Origin: Paraspadella gotoi
Lineage: Eukaryota; Animalia; Chaetognatha
Assembly (NCBI GenBank): GCA_051294375.1
Contig: CM119266.1
Location: 997,554 to 1,061,553 of the forward strand
Reading direction: 5' to 3'
DNA: 64,000 nt
In this document: positions 1 through 40,715 of the stretch, piece after piece
Layout: every line of letters starts with the position of its first letter
How positions within the stretch are numbered: position 1 is the stretch's first letter
The notes under the pieces: model-generated
The model's input: only the letters and a program-made list of their open reading frames with translations
Told to the model about the DNA's origin: nothing
The model's database searches: none
Made by a program: the position numbers and the translations under genes

Positions 1-284
1 AAATAGCGAAATTTAAAGATTGAACCTATTATTTTTATACTCATTTATTTCTTATTTCATTTTATTATATTACTTTTCCTTTGTCTCCTTTTATCCAAGA
101 TATTCACCTGAAAAATTTAAAAAATACAAGGAAAATAAGAAGACAAGAAAAAAATAGACACAAAAATAAGGACAAAAAAAGGGAAAAGGAGAAGAAAGAC
201 AAGGAACTCAATCGGACAGGACGATCGTGGGTCGTCGAAAGCGAAGACAATTTAGCAGACATCTCGTCGACATTACTCGATATT

Positions 285-1170
285 AATAATTAAAAACCTT
301 TTTTTAATTTCGCGAGAGTGATTGTCCATAAGGCGTAGTAAAATTTCTAAATTTAACTTTAATTAAAATTACTAAAACGTGAGGAACGAACAAACATTAT
401 ATTAATGAACATTTAGTAATAAAAAAATTAAAATAAATTTTACAATTTACGCAGTTAGGCCATATTTATACTAATACTAAACCAATAAATGTTAAAATTC
501 AAAACAGTTTTTTCTAAATTATTTTTTGCAATTTGGATTCGTCATAAAAAGTTGATAAAAAGAATTATAACTCTTTTAAAAAATTCCTTCATTAAGTGGG
601 TCAAAAATTAGAAAAAAGGCTATATTTTAAGCTGAAAATTAATTTTTTATGGAAATGTGGTACAACCAATATAAAAATTATCCATTCATTTAATAAATAA
701 GCTATCTTGACCCCTGACTTTGGACAGGCTTTGGTGGTTTAAGGCCTCCATCACTCTTACAAGATAATTACATAGCAGTCCCTGGCAAGCTTCAATATAT
801 ATATATATTATATATTATATTATATATATAATATTAAATATAGTTTTTTTAATTTTTAACCCACTTAATGAAAGAATTTTTAAAAATGATTTATATTTTC
901 TTTATCAACTTTTGACGAGGAATTCAAATCTGCAATCAAAATTAAGAAAAGCTTATTTTGAAATTTTTCGATTTTATATAGTGATTATATATATAAATAT
1001 AGCCTACTGCATAAAATTAAAAAAACATAAAATTAATTTTTTTTTATAAATTAATGTTCACTGATAGTATGTTGTTCATAATTGACTTTTAGAATTTTCG
1101 TATTAACTTTCACTTACGCCTTATTGTCCAGAGGCTAGAATTGATAAAAAAAAAAGGTTTGTTAATTTAT
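285..1170. mobile_element. Long-TIR foldback/MITE-like element (second copy ~2003-2890)
   Basis: Imperfect inverted arms ~285-630 and ~835-1170, e.g. ttcattaagtgggtcaaaaatta / taatttttaacccacttaatgaa and gcagttaggccatatttata / tataaatatagcctactgc. The centre holds an interspersed repeat copy plus (TA)n. Confidence 0.6.
657..795. mobile_element. Interspersed repeat family A copy (SINE/LINE-tail-like); duplicate at 2373-2513, reverse fragment at 1377-1409
   Basis: Core ggtacaaccaatataaaaattatccattcatttaataaataagctatcttgcccctgactttggacagg recurs about 10 times in the window. Confidence 0.85.
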
Positions 1171-1284
1171 TTTAACATATTACAGATTTCTTCGACCAAC
1201 TTACAACCTAATTAATTAATTTCAAATTACTCTTTTGCCAACTTAATTTTAAATTTACTCTGCCATTCTTACCTTTTTCTACCC

Positions 1285-1309
1285 NNNNNNNNNNNNNNNN
1301 NNNNNNNNN
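1285..1309. other. Assembly gap, 25 N (others at 11945-11969, 21058-21082, 26413-26437)
   Basis: All four gaps are exactly 25 N. Confidence 0.99.
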
Positions 1310-3007
1310 TTTTTAAGGGAATTTTTATGTTCGATTCAATCGACAGAAGAAATTGAAATGAGTAATTGTTTCGGGCTTTATTAAATGAATGAATAATTTT
1401 TATATTGGTGAACTGAAGGTGAACTGAAGGTGAACTGAATCTCGTGAACGCGGCCCAGAATCCCTGGGAGGAGGATGAAGAGGAGGTGAATGAGAAGGAG
1501 GGGGTAGTAGACCCGCGTCTGTCTATCACCTTATATACTGTCATATACTACTATTAATTGCATTGTAGGAAGAAATAGGTTATACTCAACTAGAATTTTA
1601 ATTTTTCTGGATTACATTGTTTATTAATAAGATGAGTTTTTCGACGACACGATGCTGTTAATTTACATTTTTCAAAGCGAGAACAATTTAAAAAGTTAAG
1701 AGTAAAAGTAAAAATTAAAAAAAAATAGCGAAATTTAAAGATTGACCTATTATTTTTATACTCATTTATTTCTTATTTCATTTTATTATATTACTTTTCC
1801 TTGTGTCTCCTTTTATCCAAGATATTCACCTGAAAAATTAAAAAATACAAGGAAAATAAGAAGACAAGAAAAAATAGACACAAAATAAGGACAAAAAAAG
1901 GAAAAGGAGAAGAAAGACAAGGAACTCAATCGGACAAGGACGATGTGGGTCGTCGAAGCGAAGACAATTTAGCAGACATCTCGTCGACATCTACTCGATA
2001 TTAATAATTAAAAACCTTTTTTTTAATTTCGCGAGGTGATTGTCCAGTAAGGCGTAGTAAAATTTCTAAATTTAACTTTAATTAAAATTCTAAAAGTGAG
2101 GAACGAACAAACATTATATTAATGAACATTTAGTAATAAAAAAATTTAAAATAAATTTTACAATTTACGCAGTTAGGCCATATTTATACTAATACTAAAC
2201 CAATTAAATGTTAAAATTCAAAACAGTTTTTTCTAAATTTTTTGCAGATTTGGATTCGTCATAAAAAGTTGCATAAAAAGAATTATTAACTCTTTAAAAA
2301 ATTCCTTCATTAAGTGGGTCAAAAATTAGAAAAAGAGCTATATTTTTAAGCGAAAATTAATTTTTATGGAAATGGTACAACCAATATAAAAAATTATCCA
2401 TTCATTTAATAAATAAGCTATCTTGCCCCTGACTTTGGGACAGGCTTTGGTGGTTTAAGGCCTCCATCACTCTTACAAGATAATTACATAGCAGGTTCCC
2501 TGGCAAGCTTCAATATATATATATAATTATATATTATATTATATATATATATTAAATATAGTTTTTTTCACATTTTTAACCCACTTAATGAAAGAATTTT
2601 TAAAAATGATTTATATTTTCTTTATCAACTTTTGACGAGGAATTCAAATCTGCAATCAAAATTAAGAAAAGCTTATTTTGAAATTTTTCGATTTTATATA
2701 TGATGTTACTATATATATAATATAGCCTACTGCAAAAATGTAAAAAAACATAAAATTAATTTTTTTTTATAAATTAATGTTCACTGAAGTATGTTGTTCA
2801 TAATTGACTTTTAGAATTTTCGTATGTAACTTTCACTACGCCTTATTGTCCAGAGGCTAGAATTGATAAAAAAAAAAGGTTTGTTAATTTATTTTACATA
2901 TTACAGATTTCTTCGACCAACTTACAACCTAATTAATTAATTCAATTACTCTTTTGCCAACTTAATTTTAATTTTACTCTGCCATTCTACCTTGTTTCTA
3001 CCCTTAA

Positions 3008-3272
3008 ATTCCACCATCCAATTCCACCTTTCAATTCATCTTCGAATTCCACCATCAAACCCCCCCTCTAATTCCATCCTTCAATTTCATCATCTAATTC
3101 CACCATCTAATACCAACCTCCAATTCAAACCTTCGATTTCACCTTCCATTTCCACCTTCCATTTCCACCTTCCATTTCCTCCTTCCTATTCCACCTTCTA
3201 TTTTCACCTTCCATTCCCACCTTCCTATTCCACCTTCCATTCCCACCTTCCATTCCCACCTTCCCATTCCAA
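3008..3272. repeat. Degenerate ttccaccttcca minisatellite
   Basis: Repeated ttccaccttcc(a/c) units. Confidence 0.8.
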
Positions 3273-4089
3273 CCCCTTCACCGCCTCATCTCTTCCGCCC
3301 TCCAGGTTTTCCCAAATAAACCTTCTTCCTGTCATTGTTATGCGAAGAGTCGACTTCGGTTATGCGCCCCGCGACTCGAGACTCCGACCGCCTGGGAAAA
3401 TGAGGGGCTGAGGACCCGAAGGCGCTAAAAGGAGGTCGGGGCTGCTGGGGAGCTAAGGGATGAGGAGGAAGGCGGGAGTGGGGTTTTGAGTTCGGGGGAA
3501 GAAGGGCAAAGCTTGGCGGGGAGTATATTGGGAATGAGGGGAATAAAGGGAAGAATTAAAATGAGCCAGAGAAAGGCTCGCATCAGGGGTAGAGCCCGTG
3601 AGCGTTAGGTTCGTCAGCCCAATGCACTATTACTGAGCTAAAGAAGAGAATAGTCATAATTAGGTCACTAACAAAATAATTGTTTGAGATACTTGGGGTT
3701 GGACTGAGGAGTGAGGAGCCTCTTTCCCTTCAGGTAAATGAGGATGGCCCAGCGATGAGGGAAATTTGTTGCTGGGCTGAAGAGCGAAAATAATAAGAAG
3801 CAGAATCAGGATTAGTAAAGATTAAAGAACGAGGATTCTCGATGAAAAGTTGGGCCGTTGTGAGTGAATAAGAACGAGAGGCGGTGAAGCTGGAAATTAT
3901 TCACTGGATCCGGGTAAGCGAAGGACGAAAGGTAAAGAGTCGCAAAAAGTAGGATCCGAGTCGAGGTAAGGAGTCGAGTCGAGGTAAGGAAGGATCCGAG
4001 GATCCGAGTCAAGGTAAGGAAGACATCAAGACTCAGGCAATTCCAGAAAGGGGAGCATTTTGTTTCCGCAGGTGTTCGGAGGCGGCGGG

Positions 4090-4272
4090 ACTGATGCTGT
4101 GGGATGCAGTGTTACTTATGGTGTGGGATGAGGCGGTATTGATGCTGTGGGATGGGCGTGATGTAGACGCTGTGGGAATGCGCGCGTTACTAATGGCTGT
4201 AGGGATGGCGACGTGTAACTGTGGTAAAATGGCTGAGGGATGCGGCGGTATTGATGCTGTGGGATGCGGCGG
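4090..4272. repeat. ~24-bp minisatellite gatgctgtgggatgcggcggtatt
   Basis: About 7 degenerate units. Confidence 0.75.
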
Positions 4273-4802
4273 TTGTGATTCCGTGAGGCTGCCCCAACTC
4301 GAGCTCGCGTTTTAACGGATGGCAGATGCTCCGCGAGTAGAAGGGAAAAACCCAAGGGGACACAAAAGCCCCAGTTTTCCTTCTTTTTTTTCCTTTCTTT
4401 TTTCTTCTCTTTTTTTTATTTTCTTTTCCTTTCTTTTCACTTCGTCCTTTTTTTTCTCCGTTTTATACGATTTGCCTTCACCCGCAAGGCGAATGGAACT
4501 TTATCATCAAATTTAAAACTTTCAATGTTTAGTCGATCGAATTTAATTGAAAAGTGGAGAGGAGTCGCTTGGGTTTTTTCCTTTTCTTTTTCCTTCTCCT
4601 ACGTATATCTTGTGGACGGAACAATCTCATCATTCTTTCCCTTTTCCTTGATAATTTCAGTTCTATATGACAAAAAGGAAATCAACTTCAATAAGAATTT
4701 AATGCTTTGATGGCTTTGATTTATTGATTAATTGATTGATTGATTAATTGATTGTTGGTTTGTTTGAGTGATTGATTGATTTATTTGATTGATTAATTAT
4801 AT

Positions 4803-5053
4803 TGTGGCAACAAGACTTAAAGCTGCCTCACTGCTGTCCGTCCTCCTCCTCGTCTCAATGGCTGAGCACGCTAAATCATCTAGTTACACCCGTGCGTCCC
4901 GGGTTCATTCCCTGTGCATCCCGGTTCTGGCTTAAATATGACGGATCCGATCTAGACATGCCAGTGACAGGTGGCTGCGGGTCCGCAGCCCCTACGCCCG
5001 TTTGTGAGATACCCCACGCCCCTGGTATCACAGGCATTCATCCCGTTGCCATA
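4803..5053. mobile_element. ~250-bp element family B (solo-LTR or Ginger/MITE-like), TSD ATAT
   Basis: Ends tgtggcaac...gttgccata, flanked by atat at 4799-4802 and 5054-5057; related in reverse orientation to 9964-10218. Confidence 0.75.
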
Positions 5054-5244
5054 ATATCTTCTCTTCATTCACAAAGTGATTTATTTATTTTATTTTTCTT
5101 CAATCGTTCCTTCTTCCATTCATTGATGCATTCATCTCATGACCCATTAATTCATCTCTTCGTCAATTCATTCATTCATTGAAACATTCAATTATATTTC
5201 TTTTCCCCCCTTTTTTCCATCTCTCTCTCTCTCTCTCTCTCTCT

Positions 5245-5289
<45 letters not shown>

Positions 5290-5634
5290 AGGTCATTCCT
5301 TCCTGTCCTTCATCCCTTCTGGTCTTCCGTCAAGTAATTATGTTAATCTGAAGTCTAATGGAACTTTTACGATCGAACATCCGTTTCCATCCACGGGGAG
5401 ATGGAGGGGGGGCGACTGTGGGGATGTGGAGGGGGGGTTGGGTTCGGGAAGAGAAATCCAAAGAGTTTTAAGTTTAATTTTAATTGAATTCTTTTTTTTT
5501 TTGGGGGGGGGGGTAGGCGGGCGCTTTTATTTTAAAAAAAGAGACACGATTCTTATCAGAGAAGAATCTGGATGGGAATGCCTGTGCAATAAACGTCAGA
5601 ATCTGAGTGAAGTAAAGTTTCGATCGGTTTGCTT

Positions 5635-5745
<111 letters not shown>

Positions 5746-6224
5746 CTCTTATTTATCGATTTCTCAAACGGCCTAAATTTTTTAATAAGACTGCAGAAAA
5801 AAAAGTCCAATATAAAATGTAACATACTATGAAAGTATATTTGTAATATTAATGTAAAAAAGAAAAACAAAAGTACATTTCTCGTCTTTGTCCTCTCCTT
5901 CACTCTTCTCCATTTTTTCTCCTAATATTTGCTCTTTTGTTTAGCGACAACGACGACGACGACGACGACGACGACAATGAACTGGTGAGGCGTGTTTTGC
6001 CCGTAGCGAAGCTTGACGAACGAGAGAAGCGTCCGGCGGCGCGCGGCGCGGCGGCGGCGGCGCTGGCGGCGGCGGCGGCGGCGGGCGGCGGCGCGGCGGC
6101 GGGCGGCGGCGGGGCGGCGGCGGCGGCGGCGGGCGCGGGGGGGGCGGCGGCTGCGAGGTTGGCGGGTGTTCTGACAGATGTTCCGACTCGTAACTTTGAA
6201 TAACATTTTGTCCCTGACGACGAC

Positions 6225-6259
<35 letters not shown>

Positions 6260-6411
6260 ACGACGACGACGACGACGCGAGACGCGACGACGACGACCGA
6301 CGAAATCGCTTCTGCCTTCTCCTCACGTACAAATCCGCACAAACTTTGTTCCCTCGTTTCGGTCCAAACCTCGATCCTCTTATTTCTCTCTCTCTCTCTC
6401 TCTCTCTACTC

Positions 6412-6486
<75 letters not shown>

Positions 6487-6832
6487 ACATCGTTTCTTGT
6501 TTTGCTATAGTATAGTATAGTTATTAGTCAAATCAAAATGGTAAACTTTCCTCATTCAATACCTTAAGGATCTCGTTTGCCAAGGCGTGCCCATATTTAG
6601 GTCCTTTTTCCCCAGCTAAAAATTTATCTTTCTTTATATCTAGTAGTAAATAAATATCCTTTCTGCTTTTTTTATTTTATTAAACTATTTCTTCGAATGT
6701 CGCCGCTTGGACCTCTCTTCTCTTCCCTCTTCCTGTTTCCTCCCATTCTCCTTAAAATTCATTGCATCTCCCGTCGCCCACCTCCAATAACTTGATTTCC
6801 TCATGATCTGTCATACTTCCAATAATGTCCCG

Positions 6833-6886
<54 letters not shown>

Positions 6887-7262
6887 TCTCAATATAACAA
6901 CAATTCCATTAACCTTTTTCTTCCTTTTTATTTAACATTTTCTTTCTTTTTTTTCCTTTTTTTTTCCTCCAACTTATTTCCGTTGGTTTCTTTTTGCTTT
7001 TTTTTTTTCCCCCTCCATTCGATTTTTTTTCTTTTTCCTCCGGCCATCCTTTCTGGCTCTCTCTCTCTCCCTTTCTGTAGCTCTATCTGCTCTCTCTCTC
7101 TTTTTCTCTCTCTCCCACTGAATTATTCAAATGCCGAGCGCCACCTTAGCGGGAAAAAAAAGCCAAAAAGGGTCGAGTCCATTAACTAAATTAATTTCAC
7201 GATTTTTTGAAATATTATTGTTGTTTTGGACGAGAAATTCGGTTATTAATTATTGTTAGTCG

Positions 7263-7301
<39 letters not shown>

Positions 7302-7955
7302 TTTCGCATTCTCTTTCGCCTACCAACTCACCCTCAAGCAAAGAATAAAATGAGAACGTCATATTTTAATTATTCACAATAAAAAATCCGACAGGTACTT
7401 TTAACTTTATAATTTAATTTTCCATGTTAATGATTTTTTGTCTATTCAATCTCTATATCGACAAACTACAAAGATCGACTGACATAGTGACAATTCAATT
7501 TTAATGCGCGACATCTTGCGAGTTATTGACAGCTTTTTAGACAAAATAGCAGATGTGGGTTTTCTCGATTTCGCCTCAAATGTCGATTTAATTCAATCAA
7601 ATTCGATTTCCTGTCTTTTCCGGTTTTTTCACAACCCACATTATCTAATCTATGTGCTTTGTATTAATATTATCATTGTATTATCATCATTTGTGTTTAA
7701 ATTTTACTTGTAATTTATCAATATACTTCTTTGCTATGTCATCCTATCTTTTTATTCATTAATTAAACAGAGCAAAAAAGACCAACTGATATTTGTCTTG
7801 CCTACATGTTTTCTCGGGGATATATTTTTTATTGACTAAAATGATTACTCTTAATTCATCGATTAAAAAAACATATAAATATATTCTTGGAAGCCCGAGA
7901 TTTATTCTTGATCGTAACCAGCATGTTTTTGATTTAACGAAAATCCGGTCGTTAC

Positions 7956-7991
<36 letters not shown>

Positions 7992-7993
7992 CT

Positions 7994-8061
<68 letters not shown>

Positions 8062-8063
8062 CT

Positions 8064-8113
<50 letters not shown>

Positions 8114-8261
8114 CTTCTCTCTCCTCTCTTTCCGTAAATTTCCTCTACGTCTCCCACCAATTAATCTTCCTCTCCAAAACTCTAAATTGAAAGTTTTGCC
8201 TAATCCTCAATATGACCCTTGACCTCTCACTGCCTTTGTATATTCAATTTTCTTTTAATGG

Positions 8262-8339
<78 letters not shown>

Positions 8340-9509
8340 CTCTCTCCTTTTTCTCTCTCTCTCTCCTATTCAAGTAGTGATTCTATATTCTATACTCTAT
8401 TCTACCGCAAACCAAACTATTTCCCGGAAAGTTCAATTAATTTTCGATATAAAATGAGATTTTAATTTCACGGGCCATCATGAGTAATGATTGTCTCCAT
8501 CTGCAAACCAATGACAACTGTTTAATTAAGTTTCGTTTTTATCTATTTGTTTTTTCGTTTTTTTTTTTTAAATTTTATTCTTGAACTGGTATATATCAGG
8601 AAAGGGGAACACGCTTGAAAGCGATTAAAAAGCCTTTTAAAAAACTTTTAATTTAAAACCGAATAAAAAAATAATCTTCTATTCGTCGACCGTCGAATGT
8701 AAATAAATCCGGACCAAACAAACAGAAATACATCTAAACCTTGACAACATAAAAATAAATTTAAAAAATAAAAAATAAAAATAAATTTGAATCCCGCCAT
8801 TTTCAACGTCGGTAAACAAAGAAGCACGCGCGGGAGAAAGGGGAAAAAAAATTTTACTTCATTTTTTTTACGTTTTACCTTTTTTTTGCTTAACTATTCC
8901 CATTCGGCTGCGTCTTCTCGCTTTACACGACCAGAATTATGAATATTTAACCAACCTTGTCTACTTTTTCGCATGAGGTCGATGTCTTTTGTTTTTTTGG
9001 GAGACGAAAATAGCATCTCTTGGTTCATGGCGACGTAGAGATGAAATTATGTATTTTTTTACGAAGAAAAGACTTATTCTAAATGCCGTTTATATATTGC
9101 ATCTTCGTATCTACTGAGTTACTTTATATTATTATATCTTACGGGATACTACTAGATTTCATAATTATTTGACTAATTTCTCTTTTTCATGTCATGTTGC
9201 ACTTCACACAATAATTTTTCTCGCATTCTTTAACTTCGAGTTAATCTTTAGGTCCGTAATTTGTAACAATTTCACTTTCTTTCTTTTCTTTTTCATTTCC
9301 CAACTTTCCGTGGCAAAATTTTCTCCCCCAGCTCGTTTATTTTCGCTTCAGTGAAATTGTATTGTCGCCTTCCGTTGTGCACGAATTCGCGACCAAAGTC
9401 ACAAATGCCTCATTGCCTCATTCCAACTCCGCAGAAAGACCCATAAAGTCGACGCCAGTCAATTTCCCAACCCGGGCGCCTCCGTCGGTCGAAGGGAGAA
9501 AACAAAATA

Positions 9510-10687
9510 ATGGAAAAAACAAAGTTTGCCGTAGTTTGCCTTCTGGTTATAAGTAAGTTCGCGAGGATAATGTCGCTGGCAGAAGATATAAACCTAAATA
9601 TATATATAAAATAAATAATAGATAAAATGAATAAATAAATTCATAAATAAAAAGCTAATGCTTTCATAGGTTTGATTTGCCTCAGCGGAGACGCCTTTCT
9701 GTGGGGCGGAAGACCTAGACCAATAACCAACCGCGAATTAAAGGTGAGAACCTAGTTTAAGGTAAGTTTATGTCGTTTACCCTTAAAGTATTCAATGAAA
9801 AAGATTATTCTTTTAAAAATGTAAGCAAAAATATAAAAAGAAAAGACTCTTTTCGTTGTAAAAATATATATAATTTGTTTTTCGATACTAAACAAATTAA
9901 AGGAAACTAAAGGGAACTAAAGGAAAGCTTAAAAAAAATAAATAAATAAAAAAACCAAGAAATTATGGCAACAGCCGGGATGCCTATGATGCCCATTGGG
10001 ATGGGGCATCTCACTGTTGGCTTTGGGGGCTTCCGACCCTCAGTGACGCCTCCAGTCACTGGCGCGGTTACCCTAGGACGGTCTCGCTTTGCCAACGGAG
10101 AGGGAAGTCGTTAGGACTGTGGATGGAACACTACGCTTGGGATGGTGTGTTCCCCCTCTGAGCCAATGGATTTGGCTGAAGGATGACGGACGTGAGGCGG
10201 TGTGAATATACCGCCACAAAATCATCAATAGGAAAACCAACCACGAATTGTCATATCCTCATCCGTGACCATTATTTCCTCGTCTTTCCCAATCATTTTT
10301 TCTCTCTTTCTCCATCATTTCCCTTCTCTTTCCCCATCATTTTCTCTCTCTTTCCCCATCATTTCCCTCTCTTTCCCCATCATTTTCCCTCTCTTTCCCC
10401 ATCATTTTCCCTCTCTTTTCCCATCATTTTCCCTCTCTTTCCCCATCATTTTCCCTCTCTTTCCCCATCATTTTCCCGCTCTTTCCCCATCAATTCCCCT
10501 CTCTTTCCCCATCATTTTCCCTCTCTTTCTCCATCAGTTCCGCCGGCTGGTGATGAACCCCAAGACGTGCAGCGTCGACGGCGCCGATCGCGTCGTCGGC
10601 GAAACTTGGATCCGCCGCGGCGCCGACGGACGGCGGCGGCGCTGCGTCTGCGAGGGCGGCGGGGCCTGGGGGTGTCATCGGTTGTGA
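9510..10687 (+). CDS. Small secreted cationic protein with a single FN1-like (4-Cys) module, 88 aa; exons 9510-9552, 9670-9743, 10538-10687
   Basis: GT-AG introns with compatible phases (1, 0) give MEKTKFAVVCLLVISLICLSGDAFLWGGRPRPITNRELKFRRLVMNPKTCSVDGADRVVGETWIRRGADGRRRRCVCEGGGAWGCHRL*. Signal-peptide-like N-terminus; AATAAA at 10864. Confidence 0.8.
9964..10218. mobile_element. 255-bp family B insertion in intron 2, TSD AAAT
   Basis: Ends tatggcaac...ccgccaca, with aaat at 9960-9963 and 10219-10222. The inverted copy of the locus (~18880-18900) has an empty site with a single aaat. Confidence 0.85.
10285..10535. repeat. ~22-bp pyrimidine minisatellite tttccccatcattttccctctc
   Basis: About 11 units immediately before the exon 3 acceptor. 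Confidence 0.85.
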
Positions 10688-10863
10688 GGATTTTCGGCTT
10701 CGAGCGTTTTCGAGTGATTCCGGATTTTAGCTTGAAAGAGATCAAGGTGTCTGCGATTGTAGAGTTTTCATTCCTCAATTAACTTTTGTAAATATAATGT
10801 ACGTACGAATGTACGTATGTACGTATGATTATTCGGTTTTTTATTTGTTTTTCATGGGCTTCA

Positions 10864-10869
10864 AATAAA
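10864..10869 (+). terminator. Putative polyadenylation signal of the secreted-peptide gene
   Basis: AATAAA about 180 nt after the TGA. Confidence 0.5.
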
Positions 10870-11441
10870 AAAAAAATACTATTCCCTTGCTATCGTAATT
10901 TTCTATCGCGACAACTCGCTAGTGAGGCTCTTAAGGTTTCGCAACCAGGATGTCAGTTCAACTCGGATGCTCAGTTTGACTAATAAGTATGAGAAGTAAA
11001 ATAGAAAAAAATGTAAAAATTCATCGATATAACACGTTTTATTACATCATCTATAGAATTATTTTTCATTTATTTTTTTTTCACACATTATGTCGTACTT
11101 TTTCGACTCGTTTAATGGCTTAAAAGGTTCACGTCGAACGAAGCGACTAAATGTATCGATAAACGTTGTCAAGAACGAAGTAAGAAATGTCAAAAAAAAA
11201 TAAATTCGAAAATCACTTTCACCGTTAAATTCAGTTGAAAAAAGTCTACGGGAAAAAAAAAAGGTTTTAAAAATAAATCCAAGTCGGAGATGACGTCTTT
11301 TTTTTTCGACGTCACTGGAGAGAGATTACTGCGCCTTGCGACGTTACTGGCGACGAATGCCTCGACGTTATTTGGCCGTGACTGCGGCTGACTGCCCGCC
11401 ACGTTATTTGGCCATGAATGCCCGCGACGTTACAACGCGGA

Positions 11442-39794
<28,353 letters not shown>

Positions 39795-40494
39795 TTTTGT
39801 GAAAAAGTAAGTCTTTTTTTTTGAGAGAAGGTAAGGTCCACGATTTGATTATTAATGTTATTTTATTTATTAATGTAGAATGTTGTTTTTTATACAGGCG
39901 TTTATATGTGCAAGCGTTGTGTGCAAGCTTAGGCTAACGATGAGTAGCGTACAGATTCTTTAAGGCGTAATGCGTATTCTCTTTTTTTTGGGTTTATTTA
40001 TTTATTTATTCTCTTTGTGGTGGCCTTGTTGGTAATTAAAATTATTTACGTTGGCGCCTTTTGTATATGTTCTAATTTCTATTTGTACAGGTATTACTTA
40101 TTTAGTTTGCAAAGTTTATTATTCACAATTTAGAAAATTACAAAACCGTTTAACGGTTTTTACACGAGCGTAAATTTTTTGTTCTCAATTCTTTGAGTAG
40201 CAGTTTTTTTTTGTTTTGTTTTTTGAATGGCGGTTGTTTTTTATTTTTTCGTGTCGCTATGGAAACCAGAAGATATTTTTTTTTTCGTAAGTTGCGTTGA
40301 AAACGAGTGTAATTAAGCAGAAGTAATCGGTATATAATGTAGCAAAATTTCGAAGCAATTTTTTTTTGGTTATATGAGATGGAGAGACTTCAGTGTTCCG
40401 GTGCGAGTCGCCTAAAATAAAAGAACGTTAATATATATATTAATATATATATATTAATATATATTAATATTTAGAGACAAAATAAGATTTTTAA

Positions 40495-40562
40495 TGGCAA
40501 CGATTGTTTATTTTTATTTAGGACGTGTTTCGACTCTTGATTGCAAGTCTTCCTCAGCGCTT
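40495..40562 (-). mobile_element. Penelope-like terminal fragment with degenerate hammerhead-type core
   Basis: Minus strand reads gcgCTGAGGAagacttgcaatcaagagtcGAAAcacgtcctaataaa. Confidence 0.45.
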
Positions 40563-40715
40563 TATATATATATTTAAAATATATAATATTTAAAAGACAG
40601 TAAATATTGTCATATGTTGGTGACAGAACCGCTCAATATAAGCAGTCCCTGAGGTTCGGATCAGGTTATAACACCATGTTAAAGGGTTAAGCGCCCCGTC
40701 CCTCTCAACTGCTAG

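Larger units (their letters stand above)
1..1284. repeat. Direct duplicate of 1723-3003 ending at a 25-N gap (probable assembly artefact)
   Basis: The two segments are colinear and nearly identical, differing mostly by single-base indels; this copy abuts the gap at 1285-1309. Confidence 0.9.
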
